DNA from: Felis catus
Lineage: Eukaryota
NCBI RefSeq assembly: GCF_018350175.1
Contig: NC_058369.1
Span: forward strand, 4,650,001 to 4,714,000
Length of the DNA: 64,000 nucleotides
Reading direction: 5' to 3'
Shown: one piece after another, positions 26,488 through 42,080 of the stretch
Layout of the letters: every line of letters starts with the position of its first letter
How positions within the stretch are numbered: the first letter of the stretch is position 1
The notes under the pieces: generated by a model
What the model saw: only the letters and a program-made list of their open reading frames with translations
Database searches by the model: none
What the model was told of the DNA's origin: nothing
Program-made: the position numbers and the translations under genes

Positions 26488-28924
26488 GGTGTCATAAATA
26501 CTGTCCCAAGGACCATTGAGCTGAAAAAGACCTTTGGCTTCAAAGGAGCTCACCTCCCACAGATGATAAACAGGAAAACAAAAGAACTGACGTAATTGTT
26601 TTTGGATAGCCATTTAAAGAAGCAAAGGTCGCAGAGTGTCTCTGGGATTAGCAAGGGGAATCAGGGAAGGCTTCCCCAAGGAGGTGACATCTGGGGGGAG
26701 ATCTGTGGGCTGGAAAGGAGCTGGATTCAGGAAGAGGATGCCAGCAAAGCCCAGGTGCCTGGATGGGGCTTGGTGTGTTTGAGGAACAGAAAGCTGGCCA
26801 GTGTCACTGCTAGAGCGAAGCGGGTCAGGAGGCTGGAGGCAAGTGAGGGAAGAGGTCAGCGAGGGTGACAGGGAGCCAAGGGAGGAATATGGTTCGGTGA
26901 GCTTTCTCAGGGTGCTGGATGAAGAAATAACCGCAGGACACAGGTTAAGCTGGAACACACATTACAGAGGGTGGAAACAAGGACAGAGGAGGTGAAAAGT
27001 AGTTGATCTGTGGACAGGTAGAGCCGGTGAAGCAAAGGGAGGCAGTAGCGGGGGGGGGGGGGAGCTTTGGGGGAGGGACTGCGGGGGCGGCAGCACCTGA
27101 TGGCTCACCCTTCTCCCCAGGGTAGGGCAGGCGCTTGGGCCCTAGGGGAACTGGCTGGGCAGGGCCACCCACCTGACTCATAGCAGAAACTGGGACATTC
27201 CATGCTGCCCACTACCTCCACAGTCCCCACTGGGGAATGTCACTCCCAGTGCCTGGACACTGACCCCCGACCCCCAAGCCCTGTCAGTGAGGCCTAGATC
27301 TAAGCCTTCTTCCAGGGGTGCCTCCAAGGCCTCCTCTAAGCTTTTCCACTTCCCCATGTCCTGTTCTCTGTCCCCATGAGACCAGGATTTGTGTGAACAC
27401 AGAGTGTACCCTTGTCTATGGCACTCAGCATCAATTTGAGGGTCCAGCATTTAGGCACTGTCTGCCTGGTGAACTCCTATCTATCTGTCAAAACCCACCT
27501 CAAAAGGCCCCTCCTAAGGGAGGACTTCTTGCACCCCTGTGGTTCCTGGCTAACACATCAATAATTAATACCCATCAGTAGTGAATACAGGGGCGCCTGG
27601 GTGGCTCAGTCGGTTAAGAGTCCGACTTTGGTGCAGGTCATGATCACGTGGTTCATGAGTTCAAGCCCCGCATCGGGCTCTGTGCTGACAGCTCAGAGCC
27701 TGGAGCCTGCTTCAGATTCTGTGTCTCCCTCTCTCCCCTGCTCACGCTCTGTCTCTCAAAAATGAATAAATGTTAAAAAATATTTTTAAAAGATAGTGAA
27801 TGCCCATTCTGAGGACCTTACAACAGCCTTAGGATGTTCGTTATTATCATTATCCCTATTTACAGATGGAAAACTGAGGCTAAGGGACACACAGCTAGTA
27901 AGTAATGGAGCCAAGATCTGAAGTCAGGTGCCTTCAATATGCTGCATCGGCAGAAGGTATCCCTTTTTTTAATGTTTATTTATTTTTGATACAGAGGGGC
28001 AGAGACAGGGGGACAGAGGATCCAAAGCAGGCTCCGCACCAGCAGCAGAGAGCCCGACAGCAGCAGGTATCTTTAAATCCTTCCCTGAGATTGGTTCGAT
28101 CACTGCCATTTTCCAGATGAGAAACTTCAGGCTCAAAGGTGTTAAGCAATGACCTAAGATCACACGGCACGTCAGGGGTTGAGCCAGTTTGGCGGGTGGG
28201 GCAGCTGCCTCTACAGCCCTCAGCTCTTAACCTGCCTCCCTTGTCACCTCTTGCTGCAAAGTGTAGTTAATAAGCACCTACTGTGTACCAGGCACAGTTC
28301 TAGACTCTGGGGACAATTCTAAGAAGGTGGCATTTGAGCCGAAAGATGAAAGAGAATTCGCCTTGAGACGACTGGCAGGTAAAGAGAGGTCCCAAACGTT
28401 ACCGGGAACCTTCCTACTTCCATCTCTCTGCCCGTTCTCCTCCCTCTACCAGAAATGTCTTTTCCCACCTAACAAACTCCTATCCACCCTTCAAAACCCA
28501 GCTCCAATACTCACTTCTCCTAGGAAACCTTTCCACAGGCATCTCCCAGGCAGAGTCTGCAACACCCTTCCTTGGGCTCCCCAACAGCCTGAGTCCATAG
28601 ATGAAAGAAAAGGTCTCAGTAAGGAGTCAGCTCCACCGAACTGGAAACTCGGCTAGGCCAGGGCTCAGTGGGCACAATGGCGCTGATTTTTATTTATAAT
28701 ATTATTTTTTTTTTAAGTAAGCTTTACGCCCAATGTGGGGCCTTAACTCACGACCCCGATATCAAGTGGGACGCTCCACCGATTGAGCAGCCAGGCACCC
28801 CAGGAGCTGATTTTTAAATTAAAAGAACGATAGGAAAAAACGTAACTTGAATATGGAAAAAAAAATTAAATAAGGAACAACAAATTCATCACGTAAGGTG
28901 ACTAGAACTGCTCGCTTCAAACGT

Positions 28925-29061
28925 TCTCCGGCTCCGCCCCCTTCGTGCTCCGCCCCCCCTCCCAGGATGTGGGCGACCTGGTGAGCATGCGCTCTGGGCG
29001 CAAAGCACGCCGGGAGTTGTAGTTCCGCCATCGGACGGAAGCCGAGAGGGACTGCAGCGGG
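28925..29061 (+). promoter_or_regulatory. CLPP CpG-island promoter
   Basis: GC boxes (CTCCGCCCC twice, ~28933-28958); ZNF143/THAP11-type motif GGGAGTTGTAGT at 29012-29023 (reverse complement ACTACAACTCCC); CpG-rich through exon 2. Confidence 0.75.
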
Positions 29062-34296
<5,235 letters not shown>

Positions 34297-34479
34297 GACC
34301 TGGCCCTCACCCTCCAGAGGAAAGCTGGGGGGGGCGGGGGGGGGGGCCAGGCGCCGGTCAGACCCTGCAGCTGAAGCCCTGCCCACCCCTCGCTGCTGAG
34401 CTGGAAGGGCCCCAGGAGGAACTCAGATTTGGGGGTGCCACTAAGGGCAGATATCTTGAATGAGACACTGTGATTTTCA

Positions 34480-34485
34480 ATTAAA
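34480..34485 (+). terminator. CLPP polyadenylation signal (ATTAAA)
   Basis: ATTAAA ~185 nt after the stop, followed by T/GT-rich sequence. Confidence 0.7.
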
Positions 34486-34724
34486 TCTTTGTAGTCTTTG
34501 ATCCCCATCTGTGTCGCCTTCCCTCCCCGCTCCACCGTGTGCCCTTCACGAGGCCTCTTCTGCTTTTGCCCTGACCCTGAGACTCTGACCTTCAGTTCCC
34601 TAACTTCAGCAAACTCTACTGAGCAAATACGACATTTCAGGCACCGTTCTAGAGACCACGGTGTATTGTGAAGAAAACAACAATCCCTGTCCTCAAAGAA
34701 CTTATTCTTGTGGAAGTAGACAGT

Positions 34725-34954
34725 TTTTTTATTTATTTTTTTTTAATTTTTTTTTCAACGTTTATTTATTTTTGGGACAGAGAGAGAGCATGAACGGGGG
34801 AGGGGCAGAGAGAGAGGGAGACACAGAATCAGAAACAGGCTCCAGGCTCTGAGCCATCAGCCCAGAGCCCGACGCGGGGCTCGAACTCCCGGACCGCGAG
34901 ATCGTGACCTGGCTGAAGTCGGATGCTTAACCGACTGCGCCACCCAGGCGCCCC
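34725..34954 (-). mobile_element. Young felid SINE with TSD
   Basis: Flanked by GACAGTTTTTTT on both sides. Confidence 0.9.
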
Positions 34955-36769
34955 GACAGTTTTTTTAAAAAGCAGGGAAAGAGACATGCAGTGTGAGTGC
35001 GTGACAGTTTTAGATGGGGTGGCCAGTGAAGGCCTGGCTGAGGTGAGGCTTGAACAAAGACATCTGAGGTGAGGGAGGAACACAGCAGTCTAGGCAGCGG
35101 GCATAGCAAGTGCAAAGGCCCTGTGGCAGGACTGTGGCTACCATTGTGGGAGGGGCCAGAAGGAGGCTCAGGTGGCTGAAGTGGAGTGGCGGGGGGACAG
35201 TGGAGATTTGAGAGCAGAAAGGAAGGAGGACAGATCTTCGTGCCTGGTAGGTGTGAGCAAGGAGGGAGATGAGCCCAGGAGGGTTCTGAGAAGAACAAAA
35301 AGCAGGACTACTAGGACTCCCATGGAGTGGTGGGCAAAGTGCAGCCAGCATGGAAGCCTGGAGACCCATTAGGAGAAGTGGACTAATCAGAATAATCAGA
35401 AGGCTGGCAGCCCCAGCTAGGTGGTCAGAGAGGGTCAGATTCCAGCCAGGGCTTTGGGTTTTTTTGGGCCACTCAGGCGCCCCTAGTGTGTGTTTATTTT
35501 TGAGAGAGAGGCAGAGCGTGAACAGGGGAGGGGCGAGGGAGGGGCACAGAGACAGTGAGACACAGAATCTGAAGCAGGTTCTGGGCTCCAAGCTCCGAGC
35601 TGTCAGTGCAGAGTCGGACGCCTGGCTTGAACCCATGAACTGGTTGGGGGACCGGGAATCAGAAGTTGAGTTTGGCCGTTACTGGTGTTGATGTGCCTTA
35701 GACATCCCAGGAGATGATGAATCTGTGGTCAGAGCTGGGGATAAAAATGTAAAATGAAATAAGAACGTATCTCTATAAATAAGCAGTCAGGCTAAGAACT
35801 GGCTGCTGGATTTGGCACAGTGGAAGTCACTGTGCCTCAAGTAGGAGCATTTCCCGTGCTGTGGGGGCCAAAGCCAGACTGGAGCGCATCCAGGCAGCAG
35901 GGGCAGGAAGACAGGGGAGCTGGACAAGTTCTTCAAGGAACTTTGTTGTATAAGGAGAGCAGAGAACATGGGGCTGTCACTGGAGGGGTCAGGGAGTCAA
36001 TATTTCCACAGGTATTTCTAAAAGGATAAATCTTTTAAAAGACAACCACAATGCCACTTGAAACCTAAAAAAAATAACAGTACTTACTACGGTCAAATAG
36101 TCAACCAGTGTCCAAATTTCCCCAGTTGTCTCTATTTTTATTAATTTGTTAAATCAACTTCCGAATAAGGCGCATACCTTGCAACTGGTGGAGGTATCTC
36201 AAAGTCTCTTTAACTGTGGGTTTTGCCCTTAATCTCTGTCTCAATCTCTCCCTCTTTTTCTTGTCTTCCTTTGAAATTCCCTTGTTGGAGAAACAAGGTC
36301 CTTTGTCCTGTGGACTTTTCTCTGAATTTTGATGATTGGATTAGGACGGGTTGTGACATCTGTCCTTGATATTTCCGGTGACTTGAGGTATAAAGAGACA
36401 CCATCCCACCACCCTAGGATCATGACCTGAGCTGACATCGAGAGTCAGATGATCAACAAATAGGCAGACACCCAGGCGGGTGGGAGCCAGTCTGTACAGG
36501 GGTGGGAATAACCCAGTCCCGAGGGGAAAAGGGTGATGCTTGGTTTTAACCTTTGACCCCAACCTCTAAGTTGGCCCCACTCCCTGTGCCTTTGACCTCT
36601 GGCCCTGACCTCTGTGCCTTTGACCCCTTCATCTCAACCTGACTGTGCTGTCCCCTTAATCTCTAGTCCTGGCCACCTCCAAAACCTGGGCGTTGGCCTA
36701 AATCCTCCTGCAACTCCTGACCTCAAGTTCGAGGCCATAACTCGCCGCCGAGCCCCGACCCCCGGCCTC

Positions 36770-36997
36770 CACCGTGGACGACGCCCAATAGCGCGCGAAA
36801 GGAGGCGGGTGCTATGGGGAGCCAATAGCTTGAGACGCGAGCTGAGCAGCAACCAGTACTCTTGACGGGGCGGAGAGCAAGGCGGGACTCCGAGGAAGGC
36901 CAATCACTGAAGGGATTCGGAGAAGCCACAGCCAATGGCTCCGGAGCGGGGGCGTTGCCCTGACTCCGACAGCTTCCAAGACCCGGCTCTGGGGGCT
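36770..36997 (+). promoter_or_regulatory. ALKBH7 CpG promoter with CCAAT/GC-box array
   Basis: CCAAT at 36785, 36822, 36900 and 36932 interleaved with GGCGG GC boxes. Confidence 0.75.
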
Positions 36998-38604
36998 ATG
37001 GCCGCAAGTGGCCGCCTGGCGCTGGGGACCCTTCCCCGGTCCAGCTGGGTGCGGGGCTCGGGCCCAGCCGTACTAAGCCGCCTTCGGGACGCGGCCCTGG
37101 TGCGGCCCGGCTTCTTGAGCACGGCCGAGGAGGAGACACTGAGCCGCGAGCTGGAGCCCGAGCTGCGCCGCCGCCGCTACGAATACGATCACTGGGACGC
37201 GGTGAGGCCGGCGGCCCCGGGGGGCGGGCCTCGGGGCGGGGCTACGGCGGAGGCGGGGCCAGTGACGTTAGAGGTGAAGACTGGGGTGGAGCGCTGGGTC
37301 GCCGGGGGCTACGGCTGGGAACGCGGCTGGCGGCATGGGGCGGAGTTTGATGCCGAGGTGTTTTGCTGGCCGGGAAAGCACTTTGGAGATGAGGGCAGGG
37401 CCGTAACTGGAGGGCAGACTTGGAACTGTGGGGTGTTTGGGGGACAGGACCAAGGTTAGGGGCGGAAACAGGTGTGGAGCTAGATGAGGGAGGGTCACCA
37501 GTTCGGTGCGGAGACAGAGGACTGGAGTGGGATCAAGTTGCGGGCGGAGACAAAATTGAGTATTGCGGGGGGCCAGCGTTGGGGACTGGATCTGGGACTG
37601 AATTGGAGCTCAAGGGCGGATACAAAGGAGTAGGACTAGACCTAGATGGGGTAAGGGTTGGGGTTGGGGTTTGAGACCCAGGATTATGGGGTAGATAGGA
37701 CCAAGGTGGTGAGTTGAAGGCGGGGTCAAGGGTCATGTTGGGAAAACCAGTCCTTTGCTCTGCACTCTGCCCCCCACCACCGTGCCTCAGTTTCCCTGTT
37801 CCCTCTGAGAGCTTCCTGGCCTGACCCAAATTCTCCGTGCAGGCCATCCACGGCTTCCGAGAGACAGAAAAGTCACGCTGGTCAGAGGCCAGCCGGGCCA
37901 TCCTGCAGCGTGTGCAAGCGGCCGCCTTTAGCCCTGGCCAGACCCTGCTGTCCTCGGTGCATGTGCTGGACCTGGAACCTCGGGGCTACATCAAGCCACA
38001 TGTGGACAGCATCAAGGTGGGCAGCGGCCAGAGCCTTGGAGCCCCCAGCTGGGGGTGGGCCGGCCAGGCCACAGACTGACTGGCCACCATGCCCTCTCTT
38101 CCAGTTCTGTGGAGCCACCATCGCTGGCCTATCCCTACTATCTCCCAGCGTCATGCGGCTGGTGCACACCCAGGAGCCGGGGGAGTGGCTGGAACTCTTG
38201 CTGGAGCCAGGCTCCCTCTACATCCTTAGGTACTGCTCAGCCGAGGAGCCCCCACCCCACCCGTAACTCATCAGATGCTCACCCACCTCACACGTTGCAC
38301 ACCTTCTCTTATTCAGCCCTCCCCGCAGACGCGATCATCTCCTCCCCCCACCCCCCTCCCGCGCGCCCCACCCACCAGGCAGCCTGCCCTGCGCAGGGGC
38401 TGCCCTCACCCCACCCAGCCCGAGCCTGTTTTCTCTTGCAGGGGCTCGGCCCGTTATGACTTCTCCCATGAGATTCTTCGGGATGAAGAGTCCTTTTTCG
38501 GGGGGCGTCGGGTTCCCCGGGGCCGACGCATCTCTGTGATCTGCCGCTCCCTCCCTGAGAGGATGGGACCAGGTGAGCCTGGGCAGCCCCCCCCAGCCTG
38601 CTGA
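36998..38604 (+). CDS. ALKBH7: AlkB homolog 7, mitochondrial 2OG-Fe(II) dioxygenase, 4 exons, 221 aa
   Basis: Exons 36998-37201, 37843-38016, 38105-38229, 38442-38604 (666 nt incl. TGA), GT-AG. Motifs [15 protein letters not shown] (HxD), FSHEI (distal His), RRISVICR. Confidence 0.97.
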
Positions 38605-38659
38605 ACGCCAGGCCCTTCCCTCAGGTTCTCCCCCCCACCAGACACACACCACGTTTGTG

Positions 38660-38665
38660 AATAAA
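38660..38665 (+). terminator. ALKBH7 polyadenylation signal (AATAAA)
   Basis: AATAAA 55 nt after the TGA. Confidence 0.8.
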
Positions 38666-38822
38666 GTTGGAAAACGGACAGACTGGCCTTCCTTGAGCTG
38701 GCTGCTTGCAGGCGCCGAGAGGTGCAGGGGAAGCCCAGGACCCTCCCTGTCCACGCACAGGGAGCTCGGTGGCAGGGTCAGGGCACACCCTGGCTGAACA
38801 CAGTCGTGCAGCAGCGGTTTCC

Positions 38823-38828
38823 TTTATT
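38823..38828 (-). terminator. PSPN polyadenylation signal (AATAAA on minus)
   Basis: TTTATT on plus, ~120 nt downstream of the PSPN TAA. Confidence 0.7.
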
Positions 38829-38946
38829 ATGCTCCTTGCAGGCGGCCCCCAGCCCACCGCCCCTCTGATCTCATCGGCATCCAAGTCTCCGATAAATAGG
38901 TCAGCAGGGCTCCTCAAGCGGCTGCAGGGCCCCAGGCCTGGCGTCC

Positions 38947-39473
38947 TTAGCCGCCGCAGCTGCAGGCAGCCGCCGAGAGCTGGGGCAGCCGCTGCCAGCG
39001 GTGGCGGTCATCGAGAAAGGCCACGTCGGTGTAGCGGGTGGGCTGGCAGCAGGGCCCGCCGTGGGCTCTGCCCTGGCCCCGCAGCCGGGCCAGCGTCAGG
39101 CCGTGCTGGGTGCGGGCACCGCGGGGGCAGCTGCCTGCACAGTAGCGGAAGATGACCGTCTCCTCGGAAGCGTAGCCCAGACCCAGCTCGGCCACAGGTA
39201 GGGGCAGGCTCCACAGCTGGCACGGGCTGGCCAGGGCTCTGCGCAGGCGGGCACCTGCAGGGGACGAGGGGCAGCTGACAGTGAGCAGGGTCTGAGCAGG
39301 GAGGAGTGGGGGAGTCGTGCGGGGTCCGGGGGGTTCTTACCCAGCTGCGGCCTCAGGGTCCCTTGTGGCTCTTCCTCCACCACCGGAGCCCCCCGAGCAC
39401 CAGGGCCCCTGCCGAGGCCCGGCTGCAGCGACAGGAGCAGCAGAGAGCAGAGTAGGACTCTTCCTGTGGCCAT
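38947..39473 (-). CDS. PSPN: Persephin (GDNF-family ligand) prepro-protein, 2 coding exons, 146 aa
   Basis: Exons 39341-39473 and 38947-39254 joined across an 86-nt GT-AG intron (CTGG|GTAAG ... CCCTGCAG|GT). Signal peptide MATGRVLLCSLLLLSL, furin site RLRR, 96-aa mature cystine knot ALASPCQLW...LGLGY...FRYCAGSC...PCC...ACSCGG. Confidence 0.96.
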
Positions 39474-42050
39474 CGTGACGGGCAGATCCCGAGGGTGGGG
39501 ACGCCTCGCACCCTCAATTTATTCCCCAGCCTGGGCTGGGGAAATAACCTCTTCGTTGCCGCTGCTGTAGTAGCAGGAAGACCCCGCGTCCCGTACCGGC
39601 TGCTCTTCCGCATCCTCAGGGCCAGGCAAGCCAGTCCCTTGGCCCCACACCCTGTGCTTCTAAGAGTTAAGCACTCACCCCCTCCCTGCCCCATCCAGAC
39701 ATTCCGCAGACCCGTTTCCGACACCCCCTCTTCCCCTGATTTACGACTGTTGTGGCAGCCAGAGCCGAGCCCAGGGCGGGCAGCCCGGTCCCCCACCCCA
39801 CCTGCTTTCTGGAAAGAGTTGGGGGGGCATCGTGGGCCCGCCAGGGTGGCCCCTCCGCACTCAGGCAGGGTGCCAGGGCTCAGGGGTCCCCACGTCGGGC
39901 GCCGGGTGGGGCAGATAGGTGTGTGGGAAGAGAGGGGTCAGCAGGTGGCCAAGCCAGTGGAGAATCCATCATGGCTGCCACCTGGAGGATTAAGACATCA
40001 TGCCCCTGTCTCCGGGCCTGGCTGAGCCAGCACCAAAACAGGAAAAGGGAGAGGCCTGGAGACAGCCAAGAGCTGGGACACAAGGGTCGGAAGCTCACCC
40101 TGCAGGAACTCCTGTCTCTAGAAGGCCCACCTGAGGCCCCTGGGACCTGGAACCTCAGCCCTGTCCTGGCATCAGGGCGGGAGGGGAGCTTAAGCCCGCC
40201 GGGTCTGAGAGGCACAGCAGCAGTTTCCAGTGGCTTCCATGCCTGGCCCCTGTAACATCAAGGAAATGAGACCATCCCTTACCTATGAGAGGGAGCTAAT
40301 CAGTCTTTCCCACATGAGGTTCTGAGGACAGAGAGATGGCGCATTTAAGCGTGTGATCCGCCGCCTGACAGAAGCTCGCGAGAGTTTTCCAGGCAAAGAA
40401 GCCCAAATAACTTAGGGAGGTTTAAAGAGGTGCTGGATCACACACAGGTAAGACCAGGTAAAAACTCGGATAAGACCCTGCAGCCCAGACCGGCAAAACC
40501 CAGAAACTGTGGGCACACGTGGCTGCGGGGAGGGGGGGGTGGTGGCGTGCGACGCAGGGGTGCCCAGGCTGTGGGGAGGGGTGTAAGCCAGAGGCTGTTG
40601 AGCATTTGCTGCTGAAACTGCAAGTCACATCCCCGAGCCCCAGGAAGCCTGTGTCAGGCGGGCACAGACACAAACTCAGGAGTGGCCGCTGGCTCTTCGT
40701 ACTAGCGAGGGCTGGACCGACCCAAACTCCCACCTGCTTTGCACTGCTTCCCTCGCTCGGCAGTGGTGGGTACTGGCTACCGCAGTGTCGTTGAGACCAC
40801 CTTCGGACGAAAAGAGTCACTGCTCCAAAGTCGCCCAGAATCCGACACGGCCAGGATTTGGAGCCAGACCCTGCTGAACACCAGGCCCTGGCTCCTAACC
40901 ACCAGGGCGTGTGGGCTGGCCTGGTGGGGAGAGGCCTGAGGCCGCAGTTCCGTGGCAGGTAGGGCAGGGGTAAGAGCGTGGAGGGCCATGTGTCAACGCT
41001 GCTTTCTTTCTGCCCCAAAAGGCCTGGCGGAAGGATGGGGAGGGGCGTTAAGACAGACCTGAGACATTCCTGGGAATTAGCCTGCCGTCTCCGGCATCCC
41101 TGCTCACGGAAGCCCCACATCCTGCCCCCAGCCAATCACTCGGGACGGGTTCTAGCCAGCGGCCAAATTCCATTTCTAGCGATGAAACTGGCCACGAACT
41201 CCAAAAGCCCTCCCACGGCACAACCCTAGCAATGCTGGATAAAATAAATGCGGAACTAACTCATTGGAATATAAGGGAAGCCCTGGAAACATCACTGGAA
41301 AGCTGAAAAATAGGGCCCAGGCGCCAACATGAGCAACAGAAGAGTGTGGGATTTTGTGGCCACGTTGGGACAGAGCCCGCCAGCCGAGAACCACTTCACG
41401 TGGACTCAGTCCAAGGCTCCTGGGACACCTGGTGGGGAACGGAGGCTAAAAGCACCTGTAGGGTTTGCCTGCAAAGCCAGCTGCCCAGGAGGCCCACGCA
41501 GAGCCCCTCAGCCGGCCGTGAGTCCCCACCCAAAGTTAGGAAACACAAGAGTCAGTCGTGAAGAGAAGTCAGAAGAGAACACGGGATGGCTGTCAGCTTC
41601 GGGTATCAGATCTCTGGCAGAGATAGGATGCTCACAACAAAAACGTGGAGGAAAGGATCAAAGCCACTGGGGGCAGAACACTTAAAACAGACCAGCTGAT
41701 CTGAAAAGGAAGCAAAGATCGTTTGAGATTTGGAAAACTGAGTCAGGGAAGCCAAGCACTTCCTGGGTTCACGGGGGATAAACTACAGCCGAAGACAGAA
41801 CCAGGCGCCGGAGCTGGAGAGACTGCCAGCCTGCGACGGCAGATGCTCAGCGAGCACAGCTGGCGGAAGGCTAAGAGGAGCAAGCTCTAAGGGGCAGGGA
41901 AAGTTCCGGAAGGAAGGGCCCGAGGGACAGAGGGAGAGACATGAGCTAAGAAAATGGCCAGCGTTGTTCTGGAATTGGCAACCTGGGGCGCCGGGATTCA
42001 GGCAGCAGGTGACAGACAACGCGAGCACCAGAGAAGTTGGGAGGCAGCCG

Positions 42051-42056
42051 TTTATT
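42051..42056 (-). terminator. GTF2F1 proximal polyadenylation signal (AATAAA on minus)
   Basis: TTTATT on plus, ~25 nt downstream of the stop codon. Confidence 0.6.
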
Positions 42057-42080
42057 GGGCAGGTGGGTGGGCGCCGGCCA

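Noticed and set aside
36935-36997. In-frame upstream ATG extending ALKBH7 by 21 aa
   Set aside because: The ATG is part of a CCAAT box (CCAATGG) and probably lies at or upstream of the TSS; ATG 36998 gives the expected 221 aa and exposes the targeting peptide.
39672-40283. Minus-strand donor-like sites (GG|GTGAGT ~39678, AG|GTAAGG ~40282) as upstream PSPN exons
   Set aside because: No matching acceptor or TSS could be supported from sequence alone.
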